This document shows, in pieces, positions 38,224-47,783 of a stretch of DNA of 64,000 bases. The notes under the pieces were generated by a model. That model made no database searches and was not told where the DNA came from. It saw only the letters and a program-made list of their open reading frames with translations. The translations under genes were made by a program, and so were the position numbers. Within the stretch, counting starts at the first letter, position 1, and the number at the start of each line of letters is the position of its first letter. Source of the stretch: a bacterium (GTDB lineage Bacteria; Electryoneota; Electryoneia; Electryoneales; Electryoneaceae); assembly GCA_963669175.1 (NCBI GenBank), contig OY769902.1:1184001-1248000 (forward strand). Reading direction: 5' to 3'.

Positions 38224-38364
38224 GTTATTGGAGAGTGCCTTTGGGCTTGCAAGGCTGTGTCGTTTTCCTGTACTCTATGGTTGACGGGGACGTGAAAACA
38301 GAGCGCTGGACACAGGTGGAATCCAAGGATCAAGTCTTGCCTGGAATATCGCGGAGGGGGAAAC

Positions 38365-38838
38365 ATGCAGGATGAAAAAGAGTACCAGGAAGAAACTGTA
38401 GATCCTACGGAAGATTCGACAGCAATCCCGGAGGAAAACGTCGAATCTGCTGAACCAGCGTCAGAACCGGAACCTGCGCAAGAACCCGAGGTGGAGCCAG
38501 AGCCCAAGCCAGAACCGGAACCGGAACCGGAACCAGAAACTTCTGAAGCGCGGCAACAGTATGCACCCCCGCCTCCACCGCCACCCCCGCCCCCGTCATA
38601 CTCTGAGGAAATGGATAAGGATTATTCGGACAAGGACTGGACGACGACCATTCTTTTTACGGTATTCCTGGGAACTCTTGGTGTGGACCGGTTTTATCTT
38701 GGTTATACCGGGTTGGGGCTGGTCAAATTGTTTACCCTGGGCGGTTGTGGTATCTGGTGGTTGATTGATCTGATTATGATCATCACAAACCAGCTTCCCG
38801 ATGCACAGGGGAAGCCGTTAAAAAATTCCCAGATGTAG
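38365..38838 (+). CDS. TM2-domain protein with acidic PE-repeat and polyproline N-terminus
   Basis: EPEPEP and [10 protein letters not shown] tracts, then [13 protein letters not shown]...TLGGCGIW. Confidence 0.9.
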   Translation: MQDEKEYQEETVDPTEDSTAIPEENVESAEPASEPEPAQEPEVEPEPKPEPEPEPEPETSEARQQYAPPPPPPPPPPSYSEEMDKDYSDKDWTTTILFTVFLGTLGVDRFYLGYTGLGLVKLFTLGGCGIWWLIDLIMIITNQLPDAQGKPLKNSQM

Positions 38839-38852
38839 TATTGGAACAGACC

Positions 38853-39239
38853 ATGCAAGACAGTTGGCAAACAGAAGATAGATACTACTTATATCGGCAT
38901 GATTCTCAAGAGGGACCGTATACTCTCTACGAAATCCGCCGGATGATTCACCACGGTCACCTGAAACGTAGCGACCGTGCCTGCAACGAACATGGCGGTG
39001 TCTGGATTTCCGTGGGTGAAATACCTCACCTTTATTCAAACAGAAGCCGCCTGGCTGCACTGATTCTGTCCTTTTTCCTCGGGGTGTTCGGATTGGACAG
39101 ACTGTACCTGGGCTATTACTGGAGCAGTTTCTTCAAGGGGCTTACCTGCGGTCTGTGTGGTGTGTGGTTGATCGTGGATTTCGTCATGATTCTGCTGGAT
39201 GAACTCTGGGATGCTTCCGGACGTCCCTTGCGTCCGTAA
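38853..39239 (+). CDS. GYF_2-like plus TM2-domain protein
   Basis: YY....QEGPYTL.EI...W N-terminal domain; FLGVFGLDRLYLG. Confidence 0.85.
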   Translation: MQDSWQTEDRYYLYRHDSQEGPYTLYEIRRMIHHGHLKRSDRACNEHGGVWISVGEIPHLYSNRSRLAALILSFFLGVFGLDRLYLGYYWSSFFKGLTCGLCGVWLIVDFVMILLDELWDASGRPLRP

Positions 39240-39252
39240 GGTTGTCGCCTCC

Positions 39253-39735
39253 ATGAGCATTCCTGCTATCGGTACACCACGTAAACAAGTCCAAACACCG
39301 GAGTCGAACCAGGCTTTTCACGGTGAAGGGACTTTTTTTGCCATTTTGGCTGGCATTTACGGATTCAGCTTCATGGTTCCCGTTCGCTGGATCGATGCAC
39401 ATCCATCACCCTGCCTTTTTCGATCCGTAACCGGATTGCCCTGCCCGGGGTGTGGTTTGTCCCGGTCTTTTGTGCATACCTCACACCGCGATGTTGCCGG
39501 TGCGATCAAATACCATTTTTTCGGTCCGCTTCTGTTCGTGGTCGGTCTGCTGCTGCTGGCCATGAGGGGGATAGACCTTCTCTTCGGCAAGCAACTGGTG
39601 CTGCGATTGGAACTGGGGCTGAAACGATCAAAAAAATGGTGGGCGGCAGCCGCTTTATGGTGGGTATACGCGCTGGGACGTTTTTACCATGTATTCAGGA
39701 TGAAACGTGCCGGACAGCATACCGTCTGGAGCTGA
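39253..39735 (+). CDS. DUF2752 family membrane protein
   Basis: PCLFRSVTGLPCPGCGLSRS motif. Confidence 0.9.
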   Translation: MSIPAIGTPRKQVQTPESNQAFHGEGTFFAILAGIYGFSFMVPVRWIDAHPSPCLFRSVTGLPCPGCGLSRSFVHTSHRDVAGAIKYHFFGPLLFVVGLLLLAMRGIDLLFGKQLVLRLELGLKRSKKWWAAAALWWVYALGRFYHVFRMKRAGQHTVWS

Positions 39736-39775
39736 AACATCATAGCCGGTGCAATGGTCCACAGAGGAGCCTGTC

Positions 39776-40687
39776 ATGTGCCACAGAAAATCGAGTTTTA
39801 ACAACGTCTTACTCATACTGTCATTCATCCTGCCTGCAATCGCATTTGCTCAGGACAAGCGCCTGGTTTCACTCTCTTCCGCTGATGAACTGAGCGCCTA
39901 TACCCGCTGGCATATTGACCTTGAGCCACGTATCAGCGCGCATCGTGGCGGGCCTGAGCCGGGATGGCCGGAAAACGCCATTGAGACCTTCGACAACGCC
40001 CTGACGTATGCCCCCTGCATCATCGAGTGTGATGTCAGCATGACCAAAGACAGCGTGCTGGTGATGATGCATGACAATACGCTGGACCGCACAACCACCG
40101 GGTCGGGGCCGGTTTCGGAGGCGACCTGGGAAGAGTTGCAAGGGCTGTACTTGATCGATAATGACGGCGACACGACCGACTTTCGGATTCCGCTGTTCGA
40201 AGACGTGCTGACCTGGGCGGTTGGACGCGCTGTGTTGACAGTCGATGTGAAGCGTGGCGTTCCGCCAGAACGTATCGTTTTCGCTGTCCAGAACGCCAAC
40301 GCACAGGGACATTCGGTCATTATTACCTATAACAAGGGCCAGGCGGCAACGTACAACGCGCTGGATCCTTCGCTGGTACTGTCTGTCGGTATCTATGACT
40401 ATGAAGATTACGAGCAGCTTCGCGCTGAGGGCATCCCGGATGATCGTATGGTTGCTTTTGTCGGGGTGGGGACCAATGATCCGGAAACCATGGCTTTCCT
40501 GCACGATCACGGCATTTCCTGCATCCTTGGCACGATGGGCGATGTGGATAAACTGGCCCGTCGGGAAGGGGCATCGGTGTACGTGGAACTTTATGAAGCC
40601 GGTCTGGATATTTTGTCGACTGATGAAGTTCCGATTGCGTCGAAAGCGTTGCACATGCTGAAAGACATGGAAGAGATGGAGAAGTAG
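39776..40687 (+). CDS. Glycerophosphodiester phosphodiesterase (secreted)
   Basis: SAHRGG, PEN, IECDV..TKD..LVMMHD.TLDRTT motifs; signal peptide. Confidence 0.93.
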   Translation: MCHRKSSFNNVLLILSFILPAIAFAQDKRLVSLSSADELSAYTRWHIDLEPRISAHRGGPEPGWPENAIETFDNALTYAPCIIECDVSMTKDSVLVMMHDNTLDRTTTGSGPVSEATWEELQGLYLIDNDGDTTDFRIPLFEDVLTWAVGRAVLTVDVKRGVPPERIVFAVQNANAQGHSVIITYNKGQAATYNALDPSLVLSVGIYDYEDYEQLRAEGIPDDRMVAFVGVGTNDPETMAFLHDHGISCILGTMGDVDKLARREGASVYVELYEAGLDILSTDEVPIASKALHMLKDMEEMEK

Positions 40688-40813
40688 TCTGAGATAATCA
40701 TTCGGGGAATGTGGGCAATATCAGCATGTTCCAGTTTATTGGTAAAACCGCGTGGCCCGGTGTGCTTGCACCCGGACAGTGATACGGGCGGTGATACACT
40801 TGCCACTTCTGAT

Positions 40814-41258
40814 TGAATCCCGACAGCAAGCAGTCGGGCCAATCGTACTCAAAATTCTTAAAAAGCGTGTCCCAGGCTGAAGTAATCTTGATCTAAGGAA
40901 ATTGCCTAAACGAAACACAGCTTGGGTGGCCCGATCCGCAGGTGATGCAACTTCCACCATCGTTTCAGCAGGCATACTCTCATTACATCCTACATTCAAT
41001 CAATGCTTTTGAGCGCATCGGGAAAATGTCAAGTATTCCAAGAATAGACTTTACGCTCCATCTCTGTCCCGATGCGCTCATAGATTCATCCTGTTCAGCG
41101 ATTTCCTCAGAATATTACAGGTTCAGTTTTAATAGCAACATTGTCACTTGCGGATCGGGCCACCCGTCCAGCCACTCCTGATTGACTGAATCCCGACAGC
41201 AAGCAGTCGGGCCAATCGTACTCAAAATTCTTAAAAAGCGTGTCCCAGGCTGAAGTAA
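40814..41258. repeat. 72-bp direct repeat of the tamA-like 3' end and downstream DNA
   Basis: 40814-40885 equals 41187-41258. Confidence 0.9.
40924..41165. repeat. ~242-bp inverted-repeat element (family B), second copy
   Basis: GGGTGGCCCGATCCGCA...TGCGGATCGGGCCACCC; inverted homologue of 11218-11458. Confidence 0.8.
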
Positions 41259-43051
41259 ATCTTGTATAACGGTTCACCGTGAATAGGCTGCGGATTGAAG
41301 CCAAGATCAAGCCGCATCATGCCGATGAAGGTGTTGGCTCGAAGTCCCAGACCCGGCGACCAGCGCATGGAGAAAGGATCAATGTGGCGAGGTGAGGACC
41401 AGATACCACCGACGTCCAGAAAACCGACCGCTCCGAACATCTTGTAGATAGACTGACGCACTTCGAGGACATTCCAGACAATCTTCAGACGTCCACCCTT
41501 TGGCTTGCCGTTCGAACTGATCGGGCCGATACTCTGGTAGTTGAAGCCGCGCACCGAATTGGGGCCGCCGGCGTAAAATCGTTCCTGCAGTGGGATACCA
41601 CCGATACCATCCGGGCTGTCCATCAGGCCGACATTGACTCGAGTGGCGAGAATGGTCCAGGGAGATGAGGAGTAATAGAAACGGAGGTCATAGCTGGTCC
41701 TGGTGAATGAATTTGTTCCACCGAGGAAATATCCGACAAATTCATTCTTTGTTTCTGCGTAAATGCCATGGGTCGGGTTGAAGAAGTTGTCACGCGTATC
41801 GAAGACGATAGACTGGAAAACGGAACTGATATCAGTTGTAACGTCATCCGGGATTTCACCTTCAGTCGGCTTCAGGTTTTTCAAAAACGCTTTTTCATAT
41901 TGATAACCCAGGGTCAGGGAAGATTGTTGCCAGAAGGAGTGAGCAAAGGAAACAGTCCCTGTGTAACTCTGAACATCATAACTGGGTTCAATCTGGTACT
42001 GTGCCTGTATACGGTTATCCCAGCGCCAGGGGCTATTGAAGGCCCAGGGTTCTGTTGCGAATCCCTCAACGCTATACCCTACAAACGACCCCTTGGTGAT
42101 GAGGCCGATTTTTCGCGCAGTGCCCAACCAGTTTATGTTGGTCGCTTCGAAACGTCCACGGAGCTTTTCAATCGAACCATACCCGAGTGCTACCTGGATT
42201 TCCTTGTTGTCGCGTTCTTTGATGTTGATCCAGATCGATTTCTGCGTAGAGTCCTCATTGGTCGCGGGGTGAATATCCACGGACACGCTTGAGTACAAAC
42301 CAGTCATGTACAACTGCATCTGGGACTGGCGGATTTTGCTGTAATTGGCGACTTCATTCAAGTCATAGTCAAGTTTACGGCGCACAATACGGGGGCGGGT
42401 GAAATCAATCCCAATCACCCGGATCTTTTCAATAGTGTATTGTATCCCTTCCGTTACCTTGAACTCAATCTGAACCAGGTCCGCGGTATCAATCTCGACA
42501 ATTTTCGGGGTAATGGCAGCTTCCAGGTAGCCACGATCCCAGTAAAAGCGCATCATCCGTTTTGTTGCCTGTTCGAGTTCAAGACGACGGAATGGATCGC
42601 CCGGCTTGAATGTCACCAGATTCATGAGTGAATCACTGCTGATGATTTCATTTCCGCTGATGGCGAGATCATCAATGTGGGTTCGAGCGCCTTCAAACAC
42701 TTCCACAGAAAGGCGCGCTTCCTCTCGGGCGCTGTCCAGTTTGACCTCATAGTAAGCAATGCCAGCCTGCTTGAAGCCCTGGTTGTTATAAAAATCAACG
42801 ATAAACTGCAGATCCTGTTTGAAGTTTTCCGGGTAATAATAGTGGTGCCGATACCACTTGGATTTCTTGGATACCATAATTCCCTTGATCTTGGTGTCAC
42901 TGAAAGTTTTATTCCCGGAAATGGTGACTTTTTTGATTTTGAATTTTATTTCTTCGTTAGCGGCAAATCCCGGCAGAGCAAGGAGAAACAGCATCATCAC
43001 GATCAGGATGCCGGTTAACAGGGGGGCAATATGTATGGAAAGTCGCCTCAT
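41231..43051 (-). CDS. Omp85 family outer-membrane protein (TamA/BamA-like, about 3 POTRA domains)
   Basis: RFYAGGPNSVRGF motif, C-terminal FSLGHAF, 606 aa, overlaps the stop of the tamB-like gene. Confidence 0.9.
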   Translation of the reverse strand: MRRLSIHIAPLLTGILIVMMLFLLALPGFAANEEIKFKIKKVTISGNKTFSDTKIKGIMVSKKSKWYRHHYYYPENFKQDLQFIVDFYNNQGFKQAGIAYYEVKLDSAREEARLSVEVFEGARTHIDDLAISGNEIISSDSLMNLVTFKPGDPFRRLELEQATKRMMRFYWDRGYLEAAITPKIVEIDTADLVQIEFKVTEGIQYTIEKIRVIGIDFTRPRIVRRKLDYDLNEVANYSKIRQSQMQLYMTGLYSSVSVDIHPATNEDSTQKSIWINIKERDNKEIQVALGYGSIEKLRGRFEATNINWLGTARKIGLITKGSFVGYSVEGFATEPWAFNSPWRWDNRIQAQYQIEPSYDVQSYTGTVSFAHSFWQQSSLTLGYQYEKAFLKNLKPTEGEIPDDVTTDISSVFQSIVFDTRDNFFNPTHGIYAETKNEFVGYFLGGTNSFTRTSYDLRFYYSSSPWTILATRVNVGLMDSPDGIGGIPLQERFYAGGPNSVRGFNYQSIGPISSNGKPKGGRLKIVWNVLEVRQSIYKMFGAVGFLDVGGIWSSPRHIDPFSMRWSPGLGLRANTFIGMMRLDLGFNPQPIHGEPLYKIYFSLGHAF

Positions 43052-46000
43052 TTGAATTGCACCCTGTATTTTACATCCACACCGGATTCGCCGTTCTGAT
43101 GAGTTTCTCCTTCCAGTGAAAAGTGTTTGGTCAATTTATAACTGACCCGTATGCCCTGATCGTCCAAGTATCCCAGGCGGGTGATATAGGTGATCGTGAC
43201 CTTATCGCTGACTCGTTTTGATGCTGCGATGGTTGGCATGGATTCCGCATCTTCAGTATCCATCCGGAACAGGTTGCCTTCGATCTCAAGACCATCCAAC
43301 CCGATGGCGTTGCCGACTTTCCGGTCTACATACCCGCTGATGGCCTGGGAGGTGATTTCCTCGGCGCGGCGTTCCAGTACGCCGCCACTGGAGGTGCCGG
43401 ACCCAGATCCATCGGATGAGGATCCAGTCAACTGGGCGCGAGTCATGCCGACTGTTACAAGTGTGACAATGTCAGCCTCGTCCAGTGACGGATCACTGGT
43501 GAGGGTTACTGTCGGGCTAAGGATTTCACCGTTGATAGCCAGCTCAATTTCGTAGGTGCTGGCTTCCATGGATTTATAGCTCTTGACGGTTGTTTCCGCA
43601 ATCAGGTTCAGCGCACCGGAAACACTATCCTGCATCACGAATGTGACACCACCTGAGATAATGTTGAATTTTCGAGCCAGGTAATTGATCGTACCCTGTT
43701 CTACAACTACGTTTCCGGTAATACTGGGTTCTATGGCGCGTCCGGTGACAGCCGCTTCCATTTCCAGGTTCAGGCTGGCCAGGTTGTTGTCTACCCAGAT
43801 GTTGTCAGATTTGAATATTTGCAGGTTGACATTGGTGTCGCGCAGTATAGGATTGGGTTCCCCTGTAGTATGGACCACTTCGGGGGAATCCAGCATGGCC
43901 AGAAGGGCGGCAATGGACAGGGTTTGCGTATATCGTGCTTCTTCAATGCCAAGGGAGCCGATAAGATTGTATGTGTTGCCCATTTTGCTGTAGCTGATGT
44001 CGGCTGTTTCAATGTCCGCTTCGAACATTTTTTCGCCAGCCAGCTCGATGTTTCGCAATCCACCGGTGAAATTCAGGTCTGTAATGCCCGTTTCATCAAA
44101 AGAAACAGTTCCGGAACCGAAGATCCTGCCTTTTTTGTTCTGCTCTATTTCCAGTGTTTCCAGGGTCACCTTGTCCTGATCATACTTCATCTTGATTACG
44201 CCGTTTTTCAACGGATCTTCGAAGAACATCGGCTGCAAGGATAAATTCTTTACCGATAATTGTCCCTCGACACGTGGCTGTGTCGTGGTTCCGCTGATCA
44301 GCATGGTTGTCGTTAATGAACCATCCAGATTCGCGATGTCCTGACTTAGCGCCTGCAGGGAAATCAGGGAAAAATCCGTTATACTGAACCCGAAGTCGAG
44401 GCTGTCTTTTGACAGGGTTCCAATTCCTACGATAGCGTCTTTTTCGTTGATCGCAACATGCATACGGGCGTCGATATGTTGCAGATCATGGACAATGACA
44501 ACTGATTTGAGTTTAAAATCAGTATCCATGATATGAGCTGTAAGCGCCTTGAGCGTGACCACTGAATCTTCCAGCATCATGGCCATATTAATGCCGGTGA
44601 TCGGGGGTGATAAGGGGTCAGTCTGGTAAACCGCATCGGCAATACGCAATTCTCCTGAAACGTGCGGTGTTTCCATCGTTCCCGAAAGTATAAAATTATA
44701 ATTTCCAAGACCGGTCAGGGACTGCTGTTCGGGGAGGAAGGGGTTGACCATGCGCAGGTCCAGGCCGAATCCCGATGCATTAAAGTCGACCGGGGCCTCT
44801 CGATTCGGAGTTAATCCACCCTTGGAATCACGTGTGAACAGCACTTTCCCGCTGGAATGATTCGTGATTTGCCCTTCCTGGAAAACCTGCCAGCGTGACA
44901 ATTCAAATGCGGAGGTGTCCATGTGGGCGACAGCTACAATCGTATCGGAATAAACTTGTCCGATTCGGGGATGCTGCAGGCGAAAGACAATATCGGCAAC
45001 CGGGTTATGAACAGTGCCCTCGAGCCCGAGATTGAAGGTCAGGGCTCCCTCGATATCCTTGGGCTCCGGGAGGAAGGTATTCACCTGTTCCAGGTCAAAC
45101 CCGATGCCCTGGACAGTGATATTCATTACGCTGTCAATCTGGTCATACATGCCGACAATGCGGCCCATGCGCTGATCCGGATTGTCGTTGTTGATGAAGT
45201 TGATGCGCCCGCGCCCGCTGCCGGTTCGCAGGTCATAACGTCCATCCCCTTTTACTTTCAGGCGGTTCCAGTTCAGTTCCAGTTCACTCAGTCGGACCGC
45301 ATTTTCGTCTGCTTTCACCAGTACAGTGGCATCGTCAATCAGGAACGTGTCATATCCCACTGAAACCAGGTCCACTTTGAGCTGTGCATCCATACTGTCC
45401 GGCGACCAGGACGCGGTGCCGTCATAGGTCAGGTTGCCGACCAGGCCTTTTACCCCAAACAGGGCTTTTGATGTGTCAATGGACGTCAGGGTTCCTCGTA
45501 AATGCCCCCCCTGAAGGCTGGGTTTCCCCTTCTGATAAAGGAAGCGAGCTGTCAATGAATCAAGCGGGAAATCCCAATACCGGACATTGCTGACAGAAAG
45601 AGCTGCGTCAATATCCGGTTGCTCGTATGGTCCCTCAATGCTTCCGGCCAGTTCAACCTTTCCACTGGCATTCATGGTGTCAAACATGGCCACATAGGGC
45701 TGGATATCGGGTATCGCAAGGGAAAAATCACCGGACATGCCGGACTGAGTCAGGTCGAGTTCCGCTGAGATTGTCGTTGGTAACTGGGTGATTTGAAGAT
45801 CTGCTCTGCCCATCAGGAATGAGGCGCGGGCCATGATGTATTCCACAGAGAGCGTGTCATAGGTCGGATTGTCAACACGCAAATCCAGGGTCGCGCTGAT
45901 TCCTTCCGGGAAAACCAGCTCGCCACGTGAGTGGAGCAACGCTCCGACCGAACCGCTCACCGGGAGAGAATCCTGTTCCAGGCTTTGCATGAGTCGGGTT

Positions 46001-47253
46001 AATTGTATCGAAGCCAGCCGCAGTTCCAACTCGTGGTTCATGGGTTCCTGAAGCGTTAGCCAGCCGCTGGCTTCCGCAGTGCCCCCCAAGGCGGATAGGT
46101 TCAGCTTGTGCAATGTTACTTTGTCGGGAGTATAGGTTACATCGAGGTAACCTTTAGGCAATCTCCAATGCGGAACACTCAGGTTTGAGACATCCAGGGT
46201 AGCCTCGGCCTGAAGCGCGTCCACCGGGCCGCTGACCCTGCCCTGGAGCGCAATATTTCCACGGATGGGACGAAATTCGGACGGGATAAACGAGGCATAC
46301 GCTTTTGTCAAAGGATTGACATCACCTTCCAGCCAGGCATTTCCATCCATGGTGAAAACGCTGTCCCAGTCCAGTTTTGTGTTCGAGAGGTCCAGCGACA
46401 GTCCGGGCAAGGTCAGATGCAGCGTGTCCACATCAGTCCCGGTTCCGGCATAGACAGCACGCAACAGCCAGTCATTCACAAATGCACGATTGCCGTCAAA
46501 ATCGGTAAAACTGGAATCCACAGTCAGCTCAACCGCATAACTGTCCGGTTCCGGCATCGTAGCGGTGATGTTCAGGTCATGTACGCTTGATTCCAGGGGA
46601 ATCGCATCATCTTTATAGTGCAGGAAAGCGTGATTGATGGTTGCACGTCCCAATTTGAATACAAAGCCTGAGCTGGCGCTGTCTGTGGGAGATTCCGCGT
46701 TTTCTGTCGTGGTGTCAGTTGTGGCCGAGTCTATTTCGGTAGCGCCAAAGTTCGGTATGACCAGGTTGCCCGCAGCGTCACGTCGCAGAAACGCGGTCAG
46801 GTTGTCCACTTCAACCGTGTTTACCACAATCGTCTTTTTCAACAGGGGAAGCAGACTGTAGGTCGCTTTAACCCGTCCGACAGTGGCGAGGTATTCCATC
46901 GTACTGTCATCGGGTTGCGGTACTACAACGCCGGAAATACTGATACGTGACACCAGGTTGGTCTCAATCGCATCAATTCTAACAGGCAGGTTCAATCGTT
47001 GTTGTATCTGTGATTCCGCGATGCTCGCGACGAGATGTTCACCCGGCGGAAGAGTGATGAAGATCAAAATTCCGGCGATCAGCAGGAAGAGAGCGAGGAC
47101 ACACCAGAGAACGACGGCTGTCATTCTCCTAAGGAGAGACCGTTTATTGGGCTTCTTCTCTACGGTCTTGGGAATGCTGTTGTCTGTATCTTCCACCTTC
47201 TTCAAAAAATCTACCCGTACGACGTATGAACGACTTCCCCGGAATAAGTACAA
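43048..47253 (-). CDS. TamB-like translocation/assembly module protein
   Basis: N-terminal TM anchor, long beta-rich body, C-terminal GVDVKYRVQFK; exact start uncertain. Confidence 0.85.
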   Translation of the reverse strand: MYLFRGSRSYVVRVDFLKKVEDTDNSIPKTVEKKPNKRSLLRRMTAVVLWCVLALFLLIAGILIFITLPPGEHLVASIAESQIQQRLNLPVRIDAIETNLVSRISISGVVVPQPDDSTMEYLATVGRVKATYSLLPLLKKTIVVNTVEVDNLTAFLRRDAAGNLVIPNFGATEIDSATTDTTTENAESPTDSASSGFVFKLGRATINHAFLHYKDDAIPLESSVHDLNITATMPEPDSYAVELTVDSSFTDFDGNRAFVNDWLLRAVYAGTGTDVDTLHLTLPGLSLDLSNTKLDWDSVFTMDGNAWLEGDVNPLTKAYASFIPSEFRPIRGNIALQGRVSGPVDALQAEATLDVSNLSVPHWRLPKGYLDVTYTPDKVTLHKLNLSALGGTAEASGWLTLQEPMNHELELRLASIQLTRLMQSLEQDSLPVSGSVGALLHSRGELVFPEGISATLDLRVDNPTYDTLSVEYIMARASFLMGRADLQITQLPTTISAELDLTQSGMSGDFSLAIPDIQPYVAMFDTMNASGKVELAGSIEGPYEQPDIDAALSVSNVRYWDFPLDSLTARFLYQKGKPSLQGGHLRGTLTSIDTSKALFGVKGLVGNLTYDGTASWSPDSMDAQLKVDLVSVGYDTFLIDDATVLVKADENAVRLSELELNWNRLKVKGDGRYDLRTGSGRGRINFINNDNPDQRMGRIVGMYDQIDSVMNITVQGIGFDLEQVNTFLPEPKDIEGALTFNLGLEGTVHNPVADIVFRLQHPRIGQVYSDTIVAVAHMDTSAFELSRWQVFQEGQITNHSSGKVLFTRDSKGGLTPNREAPVDFNASGFGLDLRMVNPFLPEQQSLTGLGNYNFILSGTMETPHVSGELRIADAVYQTDPLSPPITGINMAMMLEDSVVTLKALTAHIMDTDFKLKSVVIVHDLQHIDARMHVAINEKDAIVGIGTLSKDSLDFGFSITDFSLISLQALSQDIANLDGSLTTTMLISGTTTQPRVEGQLSVKNLSLQPMFFEDPLKNGVIKMKYDQDKVTLETLEIEQNKKGRIFGSGTVSFDETGITDLNFTGGLRNIELAGEKMFEADIETADISYSKMGNTYNLIGSLGIEEARYTQTLSIAALLAMLDSPEVVHTTGEPNPILRDTNVNLQIFKSDNIWVDNNLASLNLEMEAAVTGRAIEPSITGNVVVEQGTINYLARKFNIISGGVTFVMQDSVSGALNLIAETTVKSYKSMEASTYEIELAINGEILSPTVTLTSDPSLDEADIVTLVTVGMTRAQLTGSSSDGSGSGTSSGGVLERRAEEITSQAISGYVDRKVGNAIGLDGLEIEGNLFRMDTEDAESMPTIAASKRVSDKVTITYITRLGYLDDQGIRVSYKLTKHFSLEGETHQNGESGVDVKYRVQFK

Positions 47254-47783
47254 TGAATCCGAGAAGGTACGAGTTCTCGCCAGCTCTGCGAAATAACTTT
47301 TTCATTAACAAGCTGCAAGAGGTTAAAGTCATTTTCTTGTTCCGGCCCACCCTCAAAATGATAAGCAAATTTCTTCTGCGCATATTACATGCCAGCAGAA
47401 AGATCAGTATTTTTATATGATACCTGAAGTTTGGGCTGTTGTTTCGATGATTCAGGATATGATTATCCGGGAGGCATGGTTTCCCTCCTGAATAGTGTCT
47501 TGTGAGACTCGTCAACTCATACCGTTTTTTCAATCGATAAAATACCTAAAAGCATGATAAACGCAAACGTATACTCTTGTTTTTCTAAGAGTTTTTTCAA
47601 AGAGCGAGAGCCTATATTGGGTTGAAAATACAGTGTGAAACGTCTCTTCTAAATGTATATTTGAAGATGTTTTCGCGTTTTATCATATTGATATTATTCT
47701 TGTTGTGACATTTTTTGACCTACAGTAAATGTGAGAAATACGAACAGACGAAGTTGCTTACATTTGCTGCGAAGGAGCGCATC

